From Octopus vulgaris (taxonomy: Eukaryota): a stretch of DNA of 64,000 nt. Of the stretch, positions 1 through 12,086 are shown in pieces. The position numbers were made by a program, and so were the translations under genes. The stretch covers positions 158,410,001 through 158,474,000 of the forward strand of contig OX597817.1 of NCBI GenBank assembly GCA_951406725.2. Reading direction: 5' to 3'. Position 1 is the first letter of the stretch. Each line of letters opens with the position of its first letter. The notes under the pieces are model-generated. The model saw only the letters and a program-made list of their open reading frames with translations, was not told the DNA's origin and did no database searches.

Positions 1-98
1 TATGTATCAAGAATCTGGGTACTTTACCAACAGTATATTGGATAAATGCTATCCCATAGTGGATTACACCCATAACCCCTATCTTACTTTGTACTAAA

Positions 99-498
99 CT
101 AGCAGTATCGCCCGGCGTTGCTCGGGTTTGTAAGGGAAATAACTATATAAGCATTTTTAGAGAGTTATAGCCAAAAAATAGCAAAAAAAATGCATTAAAA
201 ATGGAAAAAAAAATGATGGTAAATTTTTTTAAAAATCGTTGACTCATCGTAGACATTTTTAGAGAGTTACTTCCCTTATATAATAGCGAAAAAATGCATT
301 AAAATGGGAAAAATTGATGGTAATTTTTTTTTAAAATCGTAGACTCATCGTAGACGCGCGCTAATACCCAGAAGGGCTCGATATGAATCACGACTATAAG
401 ATACCCAGTTTTGGTTAAACTGCACCGCAAAATGTGGGAGTAGTTACGAATCTAAATTGTAGGAGACAGACACACAACTTGACTTTTATATATAAAGA
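99..498 (-). mobile_element. Non-autonomous Helitron-like element, family H1 (copy 1)
   Basis: On the minus strand it starts TCTTTATATATAAAAG and ends with a GC hairpin (CCCGAGCAACGCCGGG) followed by CGATACTGCTAG. Inserted between A and T with no TSD. Near-identical to 11151-11542 and 57005-57392. Confidence 0.8.
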
Positions 499-742
499 TA
501 TACATATATATATAGTGTAAATTAGAGAAAAACCCCCACTATTATGCAATTCAAACAATGATAGACATAAACCAAATTATAAATAACAAATAAAAAATAT
601 TTTTATAAAACATATAATTAGATCACAAAAAGTATAAAAATGAATAATCAATATACACACATACACACACATACGCACACCCATGTATTGAGTTCTATTT
701 TTTCTGTTTCTTTCCTCAAAACTATACTGGCAGACTTTCGGG

Positions 743-1160
743 GGATCTTTTCGGTCCGACCGGCAGTTTTTTAAAATAATTTCCACGTAACTAAACACTT
801 TTAAACTTCGTATACTGGTAGAATGTGTTTATAAAACATCTTTTTCTCTTGGCTTTTTTGAGAAAATTCTATAGTTTGTAAGAAATTTCTTTTTTTTTTT
901 TTTTTCTTCAATTTCTGCAATTTCAAACAATCAATGACGTCTATTGAGGTGAAAACATTCTGTGCCGTATGAATATGTCCCTCGTTTAAGAAACATATTG
1001 GGTTTATTTACATTTGTGAATAAAAAAAGATATTCTTCCCCCACCTTTAACCCTAACCCTAACCCTAAAACAGATTGAAATCGATACTAGGGTCATAATT
1101 ATGGGTGACAATTTCATATGACATCGCTAGAAAAAACTGCCGGTCAAACCGAAAAGATCC
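743..1160. mobile_element. MITE with GG-terminal TIRs and 8-bp TSD (Merlin-like), carrying (CCCTAA)3
   Basis: TIRs GGATCTTTTCGGT...ACCGAAAAGATCC; flanked by ACTTTCGG(G)/ACTTTCGG; second copy at 9815-10220. Confidence 0.75.
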
Positions 1161-1510
1161 ACTTTCGGAATAGCTCTCATATACGTCGGATTTTTTTTTC
1201 TCTCTAGGATTTTCAAAAATCTTTTATTATCACTCGTACCAAAACACTCGACAGAAAATTAAATATGATGTTTGTCGAACAGATCGCCCCCACCTCTTTC
1301 ACTGTGCATTCCGAATATTAACCACCGCTTAAACGATTTTTTCCTTTTTAATTATTTTTCGTCATGTAATAGTATTCTAAATTTGGAAAAAAACTTACCT
1401 GCATTTTTAGAGAAAAGAACAATTTCCTTCTCCCACCTTATCGTATTTTCCACCATTAAAATGTTTTTTCGTTGTTTTTTCTTTTACCTTTTTGTTCACA
1501 CTTTTGCCAT

Positions 1511-1693
1511 TACTCTCTCTTTACTTGTTTCAGTCATGTGACTGTGGCCCCAGGACTTATTCTTTGTAAGCCTAGTACTTATTCTATCGGTCGCTTCTAT
1601 CGGTTGTCAAGCGATCTTGGGCGGGGGACAAAACACAGACACACAAACATATACACATACATACATACATACATACATACATACATACATACA

Positions 1694-1786
<93 letters not shown>

Positions 1787-1896
1787 GATGGGCTTCTTTT
1801 CAGTTTCTGTCTACCAAATCCACTCACAAGGCTTTGGTCAGCCCAAGGCTATAGTAGAAGACACTTGCCCAAGGTGCCACGCAGTGGGAATGAACC
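1511..1896 (-). mobile_element. SINE family A, truncated copy with internal microsatellite
   Basis: Matches full copies (e.g. 59990-60391): CACCTTGGGCAAGTGTCTT core, internal (TA)/(TACA) run, GAAACAAGTAAA tail. Confidence 0.85.
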
Positions 1897-2276
1897 TGTA
1901 AAATCTTTTGCCTTTTCCTATACGGCACAAATAAAGTAAAGAAACCATATTTATTACGTGCTTATTAATTTTTTCCACCCCAAGATTATAATTTTTACAC
2001 ACTTTTGCCGTTCTGTAAGAACCTTTTTCTTTGGCATAAAAATTAAAAGATGAATTAAGATAGAAACAAGAATCAATTAAGACCTATTTTCTCCCTTGTT
2101 TGTGCTGATCTCCAACTTGAACGGTTATTTTGCATTAAGATATTTCGATTCATAGCTAAGAACTTGTACTAAACAACTTATGATACAGTATTCAATGTCC
2201 TTTTCTTATTTTATTATCTGTTAAATGGTATTAAAATGTTCTTCGCTTGAAATCGCGATCTGGGCAGGACAGAGCA

Positions 2277-2473
2277 AGGAGCTGGCAGAATAGTTGCCAT
2301 GACAGGTGAAATACGTCCGTCTTTACGTTTCTGAGTTCAAATTCCGCCGAAGCCGACTTTGCCTTTCATCCTTTCGGGGTCAATAAAAGAAGTACCAGTC
2401 GAACACTGGGGGTCGAAGTAATCGACTTAACCCCTTCCTTGAACTTGCTGGCTTTGTGCTAAAATTTGAAACA
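2277..2473 (+). mobile_element. SINE family B (alternative-tail subfamily)
   Basis: A-box-like TGGCAGAATAGTT, B-box GTTCAAATTCC, central GCCTTTCATCCTTTCGGGGTC; tail ends ...AAATTTGAAAC. Confidence 0.8.
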
Positions 2474-3184
2474 AATATGACAGGGCAGGGCATTATTTCT
2501 GGCAAGTCAAACGACTGCGTAAAGACTCCTTACTTTGGTTTGGCCCACCGTGGCCACTTGTTTCTATGACAGGAAAAGAGAGTAAGCGAGAGGAAATTAA
2601 GATGTTTTTGTCTCATTATTCTTTCCTTTAATCAAAAGTATTCTTTTCTACATTTCAAACAACTGGAATTATCATATAGATACGTCTTTCAAAATCCCGA
2701 TTTTGTTACGCTACATATCCACTTACGGCAAGTCTTTGATAAAATATTTTGCAATGGCACTCTTTAGAGGAACGTGTTTCCTGCCGCTGAAACGCGTTTC
2801 TTATTTCGAATCATTTCTTTCCTTGAGGGGTGGGAGAATTTTGTTGAGAAATAATGATAGTTTCAATTGAAAGACAGCTGATTGCTCGTATCTTGATGTT
2901 TTGAAGTGAAGAATAACCGATCCACAATTGTGTTATATATAGATGTATATAGCATCATTATATTGATCAAATTATTGGATGTTGTTATACACCGCTGATC
3001 ACAATGCGCTTTATCGACTTGGAGGATCGTTGTCAATCACGGCCTGGATCTTACCAACAAATTCAGGAGTTCTTTTTTTATCAGAATGATCAGAATGTCA
3101 ATATGCAGTGTCAATGTAAGACCATTTCACTCCAATGATGATAAGCAAAGCTATAGAATGTTAACACACACACACACACACACG

Positions 3185-3237
<53 letters not shown>

Positions 3238-3494
3238 TCAATAACTGTTCTTGACGGCGGGTACTTGACCAGAGAGAGAAATGACAATGAGCCAAAGACT
3301 CTAACCTAGTAGAAGGAAGAGGACCATCTATGTTAATTTGATTTTGAATTTAGTCAAGCAAGGCACTCAGAGGTACCAACCCAAAAGATGACAGCAAGGT
3401 TGAATGGTGACCTTTCAACCTTGAGTACAAGATACTCTCAGGTATAAAAGCAAAAAAAAACTAAAAAAAACGTGTGTGTGTGTATATATATATA

Positions 3495-4620
3495 TCATCA
3501 TCATCGTCATTTAACGTCCGCTTTCCATGTTGGCATGGATCAAACGGTTTGTCTGGAACTGGTAAGGTGTAGGGATGCACCAGGTTCCAGTCTGATTTGG
3601 TAAGGTTTCTACGGCTGGATGCCCTTCCTAATGTCAACTACTCCAAGAAGGAAATGGGTGCTTTTTATGTGCCACTGGCATGTGTACCATTTACATGTTA
3701 CCGGCAACGGCCACGACTACGATTCCACGGGCACCATTTATATGACACTGGCAACGGCCACAATGACGATTTCACTTGGTTTGACGATTTTTGCTTGAGC
3801 ACAGCGTATCGTCAAAAGTCTCGGTCACTTGTCATCACACCCGTTAGGCCCAGCATTCGAAGATCATGCCTCACCAACACGTCCCATGTCTCACTGGATT
3901 TACCTCTTCCACAAGTTCTCTCCACAGTTAGAGATTGGCACCTCTTTACACCGCTGTCTTCATCCATACGCATCACATGACCATACCAGTGCATTCGTCT
4001 CTCTTGCACAACACACCTGATGCCTCTTAAACCCAGTTTTTCTCTCATGATATTTACGCTCTGTAGTACATGCACACTGATATTGCAAATCCAGCGAAAC
4101 GTACTAGCTTCATTTCTTTCAAGCCTTCGCGTGATCTCTGCGGTCGAAGCCCACGTTTCACTGCCATGTAGCATAGCTGTTTGCACACAGGCGGCGAGTT
4201 GGCAGAAACGTTAGCACGCCGGGCGTAATGCGTAGCCGCATTTCGTCTGCCGTTACGTTGTAAGTTCAAATTCCGCCGAGGTCGACTTTGCCTTTCATCC
4301 TTTCGGGGTCGATAAATTAAGTACCAGTTACGCAATGGGGTCTATGTAATCGACTTAATCCATTTGTCTGTCCCTTCTGTGTTTAGCCCCTTGTGGGCAA
4401 TAAAGAAATATACCTTTCTGAGGGAAAGGCCCTTTGTTACCAACTGAGGTAGAAGCTCTCTGAACTTTGCCCAGCCTATTCCATTCTAGCAGCTACGCTC
4501 TCGGAACACTCGGAACACTGCTGACTCGGTCACCTAGATAACGGAAGCTATCAACTACTTCTAGTTTTCCTCCCTGGTATTTGAGGGAGTCTAATTTCTG
4601 TACATTTCTAGTGTTTATTG
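3495..4620 (-). mobile_element. RTE-clade LINE 3' fragment (decayed RT C-terminus, 3' UTR, (GAT)n tail), interrupted by SINE B
   Basis: Minus-strand peptides LEVVDSFRYLGD, GWAKFRELLP and MLHGSETW...WYGHVMRMDED...GRGK..ETW are typical of RTE ORF C-termini; short (GAT)n tail at 3495-3510. Confidence 0.8.
4190..4410 (+). mobile_element. SINE family B monomer inserted in RTE LINE
   Basis: Full head GGCGGCGAG...GTTCAAATTCC through tail AATAAAGAAATA. Confidence 0.9.
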
Positions 4621-4834
4621 CACACACACACACACACATACACAACCCAAAGCTAGGGAATGGATTAGATAAAATTCAGGCTACATATGTTTCATAGCTA
4701 GCAGAACCTAGGAAGTAGTAATTGCCCACCCGAGGGGTAATCCGCTAGCTACTCGTCGAGCCAAAGATACCTTAATCAAATGAAGTTTACATTGTGGTCA
4801 AGGGATCCCTTGTTGATTCAAAGGAGATTCGACC

Positions 4835-5121
4835 GAAAATGCGTGGGAAGCACCACATTTTTCTCGACTCTCTAACGATTCTGCCAGCTTGCCACCTTAT
4901 AATACGGTTTCAAACTTTGGCAGAAGATCAGCAATTTTAAGGGTGGAAGTAAGTTGATTACATCGACCCAAGTGCTCAAATGGTCACTTATTTTATCGAC
5001 CCCGAAAGGATGAACGGCCAAGTCGACCGTGGCAGAATTCGAACCCAAAACATAAAGAACCGGAAGAAATGCCGTTAAGCATTTTGTCCGACTAGTTAAT
5101 GATATTGCCAGCTCACCGCCT
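4835..5121 (-). mobile_element. Two degenerate SINE B pieces
   Basis: Reverse-complement matches to the SINE B head at 4835-4897 and a near-full copy at 4906-5121. Confidence 0.7.
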
Positions 5122-5901
5122 CATAATACAGCAGATTACAACAAGGCTCGACCTTTCCTCTCGTAAATTCGTTGTTTTCTCACTCCAACCAAACCCACCA
5201 TATTTATCTTAAATTAATTTTATTCTTACATAATACAAACTTTAGGAGCAAACTGTTTACCATTTACTTTTAATGACTATTGAATTACAACTTAATGAAA
5301 GCAAACACAATGTGCAATATTGCCTAGATTCAATTGAAACACTGTAGCAAATCTGGGACGATAGATCTGTAAGTTAGTCCCATAAATTATCTCGGTTCTC
5401 TGAGTGCAAAGCTAATTGGATCTATAGTCAACGTCAACTGTATTACAGATAATTTGACGAACGAATGCTATAATTTAAAGATTAAATGAAAGCAATTAAG
5501 ACTGGCAGAAAATCTGACAAAAGGCAAAATCTGTCTATTTATAGACAACGATTTTACCTTTTAACAGAGTATGAAGCCTTAGCCAAGTGTACAAGACAAA
5601 TAACCAAATGGGTTTTATATTACTCAATATTACTTAACCAGTTACTGAGTTGCGACTTCATATCTACTGAAGGTTTTTCGTTACGTCTGGGGAGTTAGCA
5701 GGTGTATTCATTGCCTTTAGTTATTAAGGACGACCAGATTAACGTGAGTGCTTAGAGGATGGATGTACAGGTGTAGTAATTAGTAGAATAATAGAAGCAT
5801 GTCTATCGTATCCATAGTGAAAGTGACAGGTATACCAAAAGAAAAATAGAAGGAAACTGAAGACGGTTGTAACACACACAATATGTTATTTATATACTAT
5901 T

Positions 5902-5937
<36 letters not shown>

Positions 5938-6052
5938 CGGTAATATATTGATAGAAATGGTAAGACAACAAAAGAATGAAAGAGACCTCCATATTATGTA
6001 AATAGAGGAATTTATCTGTAAATATAATATGTGACAATTATTTGGTAGCCAT

Positions 6053-6113
6053 GATAAAACTCCGAGTTTCGGATGTCGGGGCGGAAACCCACGCCGCCAT
6101 CTCTTCAGTTATC
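6053..6113 (-). ncRNA. Type I hammerhead ribozyme motif in a putative Penelope-like fragment (about 5935-6318)
   Basis: Minus strand reads GATAA-CTGAAGA-[GATG...CATC stem II]-CGAAACTC-G-GAG-TT-TTATC; stems I, II and III can all be drawn. The fragment sits between (TA)n runs. Confidence 0.65.
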
Positions 6114-6313
6114 CGGCCATTGAAAAAAATGCTATGAAAATGACATGGATGTGTGTATTTTTCCCTTGTTTCCTTGATAAATTTGATTTCTTTGTTTCCC
6201 TGATGAGATCACATTGTTTTACACCATTTTATTCCTTTTGGAGTAATACCAATGTTGTCTTCGAAACATATGTCGGAAGTAAAAGGATTTGGATAACACC
6301 TGCGTTTAACTCC

Positions 6314-6374
<61 letters not shown>

Positions 6375-6479
6375 ATATAATATTATATTATATTATATAT
6401 ATATGTATATTCATATAGATGATGTTGTTGGATATGATTCATCACTTCTGTTTATCTTATGATGGTGACATTTCTTCTA

Positions 6480-7900
6480 TCAGCCTTGGCTGGTAGACAA
6501 AGTGGTCGAAGATGCTGGCATTACGAGTGTGCTTCCCAATGATCCTTTACTGCTTTTTTTTCGTGCCTCGGCGGTTCCATTGACACCGACTCAGCGAATC
6601 GCCATGCGACTTATACAACTCGGTTGTTAGAAACTGGAAAAGATGCAAACGTATTATCAACGCTTGTGGACTATGCAGATACGTCATGCTGAGATCTATC
6701 CGATTTAAGCTTTAGGTGAAAAAAATAACCCTTCCTTCTATATACTACACCTGACTTTGTAACTGCTTTTGAAAATATATATAACTTCGTACCCATACTA
6801 ATTTGAATTTTTCGAACCCAGCAGGTCTTCTACATGCCATACTAGCAAAAAAAAAAAAAAAAAAATTAAAAATTAAAAAAAAACCCCCAACTCTAGCAGA
6901 AGGTATAACCAACTTCAACCGAATACCTTAATTCTCTATAAACCTTTCTGCGCGTGATACTCCGGTCAACACGTGAGAGTAATTTCTACAGGACATGAGA
7001 AACTTACCGAAATATTTGAATATCCATTATTGGATCCTCGTCCATACAATGTTGCAGACCATGCCTGCACAAAATGTTCTGTTTAACTACTGGAGTTTGA
7101 GCTGATGTTCTACCAATAATATATTTTAACCTTTTAAAATGTTTTAATTCCGTTGAAGTAGACTACGATCAATTATTTTCCATCAATTCTTGGACCAACT
7201 CATATCTTACTACGTAGTGATAATGGCAACTGACACTGTGATTTTGCTAAGATACAACTCAAGCCATTTAGAATATCTATCCATGAAAACTAACAACATG
7301 ACACCTTTGAGCGGCTCTGCATAAATCAATATCTACCAATTGCATTGCTCTCTTAACTGACAACCAATAGTGTACCCCTGTTCTAAGCGAATCTCTACCG
7401 AAGAATTGATATAATGGGTATAATTTACAAGTCCTATGCATTACGGTTAAAGCTGAGTCACCAACAAATGGCCTGCATAAAATCTCCATTTTACTTACAT
7501 TTAAGTGCTTCTCATACAACTCCTCCAGCAAAGACCACCTTAACGTGGAAGGTATCAAATTTCGTCTCTATTGATCGCAAGTGGATGTAACACTTCAGTA
7601 ATACCTCCTTCCAAGATTACCTTCTTACAATCTCAAACTGTCAAAAGTCACAATGAGGTTCCCATGTATAGCTGAAGCAACATACTGGGTAAGTGAGACA
7701 ATTTGAACTTCGAAGACATTCCCGGTTTCAAATTCCTTCGGATATCTGGACAAAATGTCTGCTTGATTATGCTAATTTCCACAACAGTTCATAAAGTAAT
7801 TGAAACCGTACAGTTTAGATCAACCATCTCCACAGCGTTTCGGCTGCCATATGAGATAAGCTAGTGTTTAATCCAAAGTTTGTACTCCATGATTTATTTT
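6480..7900 (-). mobile_element. Highly decayed Gypsy-like LTR retrotransposon pol remnant (RNase H end to integrase)
   Basis: Minus-strand peptides AETLWRWLI, HNQADILSRYP and IPSTLRWSLLEELYEKHLNVSKMEILCR resemble the RNase H end and integrase Zn-binding region; many stops and frameshifts. May extend to about 10700. Confidence 0.55.
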
Positions 7901-8239
7901 CTTTCACTAAAGAAAATTTTCGCCCTCAGAGAAAATAGTAAAATAACTCAACCCACAAAATAGGGTGCCTTACCCTCTGATTAAGTGCAATTTTTGCCTA
8001 GTTGTAGGCTATATACTGCTAACAAACTTGACTCTACAGTTTCCAAAAGACTGGAAGGAGAATTTCACGGCCATGTTTTCGCGAAGCATCAAAAATGAGA
8101 ACAGACGACTTAAGGTCAAAATATACAAAAAAAAAAAAATAATAATAAAATTACTGCCCTGTAACAACAACTGTTTAGAATTGCTGAATGCAAGTTTATT
8201 CCGTGGACTCTCTATTACGTTTGACTATTACTGTTTAAC

Positions 8240-8540
8240 GTGGAGGCGCAATGGCCCAGTGGGTAGGGCAGCGGACTAGCGGTCGGAGGATCGCGGTTTC
8301 GATTCCCAGACTGGGCGTTGTGTGTGTTTATTGAGCGAAAACACCTAAAAGCTCTACGAGGCTCCGACAGGGGATGGTGGCAACTTCTGTTGTACTCTTT
8401 CGCCACAACCTTCTCTCACTTTCTCTTCCTGTTTCTTGAGTAACGCTGCAATGAACTGGCGTCCCGTCCAGCTGGGGGGAACACATACGCCATAGAAACA
8501 GGGCCCATGAGCCTGGCTAGGCTTGAAAAAGGCGACGTTT
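8240..8540 (+). mobile_element. SINE family C, tail type 1
   Basis: tRNA-like head GTGGAGGCGCAATGGCCCAGTGG...GTTTCGATTCCC; shared body; tail contains GCAATGAACTGGCGTCCCGTCCAG; TTACTGTTT on both flanks. Confidence 0.85.
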
Positions 8541-8774
8541 ACTGTTTTTTTAAAAATTATCTTTCAACAGTTTAGCAAATAGCTTACACAGTTATGAAAG
8601 TTGCTAGGCCACTTATTCTCAATAGATATGCACCAATAACTGCATTACCTTACTCTTGGATGGAATAGTAATCAAGCCTTGTAAATATTTGATCAACAGT
8701 TTTAACGTTGTTCTCACTCAGATCACGTGTATTGTAAATGCGAAGTAATTATGGTTTCTTCAGTGCCAATAAAA

Positions 8775-9078
8775 TCACCGTGACCGACCAGGCTTTCAGA
8801 TATTGCTACACATCGCTGGCCACAATACGCTTCGCATTGTTTTAGCCTTCAAATGACGCTACTCCGCTGGCTAAGCGAGCAGGCCAACAGAAGAAAGAGT
8901 GAGAGAAAGTTGTGGCGAAAGAGTACAGCAGGGATCGCCAACATCCCCTGCCGGAGCCTCGTGGAGCCTTTAGGTGTTTTCGCTCAATAAACACACACAA
9001 CGCCTAGTCTAGGAATCGAAACCGCGATCCTCCGACCGCGAGTCTGCTGCCCTAACCACTGGGCCATTGTGCCTCCAC
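8775..9078 (-). mobile_element. SINE family C, tail type 2
   Basis: Same head/body with a different tail; TSD CAGTGCCAATAA at 8761-8772 and 9079-9090. Confidence 0.88.
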
Positions 9079-9814
9079 CAGTGCCAATAATATAACTTCC
9101 CTTATTTCGCTATGTGAACTTTTTGTAGTTATTACTTTCCTACAGCAGTTTCCCCGAATGTTATTTCCTATTTATATTAAGCATGATTAACAGCAAAGTA
9201 TACATTTATTTCAAAACTGTCTTGATGGTAATTTGCTTTTAACTCTAGGTTAGATGCTGTTGTTAGTTCTTAGTTCAGTTATCCACTTGTTTAATTCTTT
9301 GTTGCTACTTAATAATTTAAAACTATTTATTCACAATACCAAACATTGGAGTTAAATTGCCTTATTTGTAACGATTCACCAGAAAGTTAATAAGCCCTAT
9401 TGAACTTAGTATAGTGTTCTAAGAGGGGTTCTAAAGTCCACGAAGTTTTTCATTATAAAACATAAATAAAATATATCAAGCGGTTCTGGAAAGAGAGCTT
9501 GGTTCTTAGTTTTCCTTCACTGGAAAATCTATGCAGAGGATTAATGATGGCGAGTGCCAAACTCCTTCATAAATGTATTTTAGCAACAGGTATCACCACC
9601 TAAATGTATCTGATTCTTAAGGGAAGGTAGGAAGGCTCTTAAGGTAAAAAGCAACTACGGAGGACCCATTCTCTGTTTTGCATCAGAGCTTCGACCGAGA
9701 GATGCAATGGATCTGAAGAACAGATCTTTTCTGAAGAAAGTTGGTAGTAACAGCGCTCTGACCAGATACGGTTCTTCTATCCAGGAGCACGGAAATGACC
9801 ATCGCGACCAAACT

Positions 9815-10220
9815 GGATCTTTTCGGTTTGAACGGCAGTTTTTAACATAATTTCTAGGTAACTAAAAAATTTTAAACTTCGTATACTTGTAGAATGTGTT
9901 TATAAAACATCTTTTTCTCTTGGCTTTATTAAGAAAATTCTATAGTTTGTAAGATATTTGTTGTTTTTTTCTTCAATTTCTGCAATTTCAACCAATCAAT
10001 GACCGTCTATTGAGATGAAAACATTCTGTGCCGTATGAATATGTCCCTCGTTTAAGAAACAGATTGGGTTTATTTACATTTGTGAATAAAAAAAGATATT
10101 CTTCCCCCACCTTTAACCCTAACCCTAAAACAGATTGAAATCGATACTAGGGTCATAATTATGGGTGACAATTTTATACGACACCGCTAGAAAAAACTGC
10201 CGTTCAAACCGAAAAGATCC
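9815..10220. mobile_element. Merlin-like MITE, copy 2
   Basis: TIRs GGATCTTTTCGGTTTGAACGGCAGTTTTT / AAAAACTGCCGTTCAAACCGAAAAGATCC; perfect 8-bp TSD ACCAAACT; (CCCTAA)2 inside. Confidence 0.8.
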
Positions 10221-11150
10221 ACCAAACTAATAATATCCTGCGAGGACATATTCATTTCTAACCAACTGAAGAAAGTCTTGGCTGATGAGGTACATATCAA
10301 AAAATGTCATGCAGCCTCATTATGTACTGAATTCGGTTGTCGCAGTCTCCCAGCTAGATCAGTGGGCTATTTCTTGCAGAAGATTGTTTTGGAACCTAAG
10401 CGGCTGAAGAAAGCCACGATCAGAGATATTCATAACAACTGAATCCAGTTCAATCCAGTTCAGTTGTGATCGTGGCTGACAAAGAAACTCCAGATAGAAC
10501 TCTTCTGCAAGCGAAGGCTAATTTAGTCCTCGTTGCTTGATCCAGGCAAAGCCGCTGACTAAGGGAGCAAAACGCTTGTCATACATATTACTGAGGAGAC
10601 AAGGGTTTTCAACAATGAAATGATTTTAATTACCATCAGGATAATTTGTAACATTTTTAGGTAGCTCATGCAGTTTCTGCTCAAAGCAAAAAGATCTCTG
10701 ATGATTACTTCAGATTTTAAAAAAATTATTTCGTTTCGTATGAGAAGGCTATGAAATTTTCTATTTTATCTATTCAACTATCTATAAGCGAAAATGTAAT
10801 TACCATTAATACTGCATTAAATCAAAGGGACACAACTTATGTCGTCTTCGTTTTCAAGAATTGATTTCTTAAATGGGGGTGACTTCCCTTTATCTATATG
10901 AGCTGTATTATTTACAATATGAATGGTCTTCCTTTACTCCAGTAAGAATTTCGTAAATACACACACACGCATGCGCTCTCCCTCCCCAACATACTCGTGT
11001 ATAAATGCAAACATACACGTACACACATTCACATACACCCCACACGCACACAAACGCACGCATATACAAATGCACGCATACATAAACGCATGCACAACCA
11101 TACATGTACATGCATATATTTGTATGTGTTTTTTCCTTTTTTTTCATCTA

Positions 11151-11542
11151 TCTTTATATATAAAAGTGAAGTTGTGTGTCGGTCTCCTACGATTTAGATT
11201 CCTAACTACTCCCACATTTTTCGGGAAAATTTAACCAAAACCGGGTATCTTATAGTCGTGATTCATATCGGGCCCTTCTGGGTATTAGCGCGCGTCTACG
11301 ATGAGTCTACGATTTAAAAAATAATTTACCATCATTTTTTTCCTTTTTAACGCATATTTTTTAAATAAAGGGAAGTAACTCTCTAAAACTGTCTACGATG
11401 AGTCAACGATTTAAAAAAAATTTACCATCATATTTTTTCCATTTTTAATGCATTTTTTTGCTATTTTTTTGCTATAACTCTCTAAAAATGCTGTATAGTT
11501 ATTTCCCTTTCAAACCCGAGCAACGCCGGGCGATACTGCTAG
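11151..11542 (+). mobile_element. Non-autonomous Helitron-like element, family H1 (copy 2)
   Basis: 5' TC, 3' hairpin plus CTAG, A|T insertion site; flanked by a ~150-bp direct repeat. Confidence 0.8.
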
Positions 11543-11876
11543 TTCGTGTATAAATGCAAACATACACGTACACACATTCACATACACCCCACACAAACGC
11601 ACGCATATACAAATGCACGCATACATAAACGCATGCACAACCATACATGTACACGCATATATTTGTATGTGTTTTTTCCTTTTTTTTCATTTAGAATAAA
11701 TTTTGATGGGCCACCTGCTTAGTAGCAAGGTCGTGAAAGAAAGCCGCCTTTAAATCTTTAAATCTTGCAGATCTTTATAGTCCTAGATATCGTGATCATT
11801 TGTAGTATATCAATTAAGGATTTGCATTTTCTCCTCATGATCCACTCCTGCACTTATGTATTAGCTGACATTATTT

Positions 11877-12023
11877 ACATTATTTACATTTGACGGATAT
11901 TTGTCCTCATCTTCTTTGTTGTTAACAGACCGTTTCGGACGATATACCCTCCAGCCATATGGCGTAGTGGTTAAGAGCGCGCGTTACTAACCCCAAAATT
12001 CCGAGTTCGATTCCAGGTAGTGA

Positions 12024-12086
<63 letters not shown>

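Noticed and set aside
1048-1068. Telomere or chromosome-fusion remnant
   Set aside because: Only 2-3 units, and an internal part of a MITE present twice.
11957-12027. Possible functional tRNA gene (also the SINE A, B and C heads)
   Set aside because: Acceptor and anticodon stems do not pair properly, and the heads run into repeat bodies.
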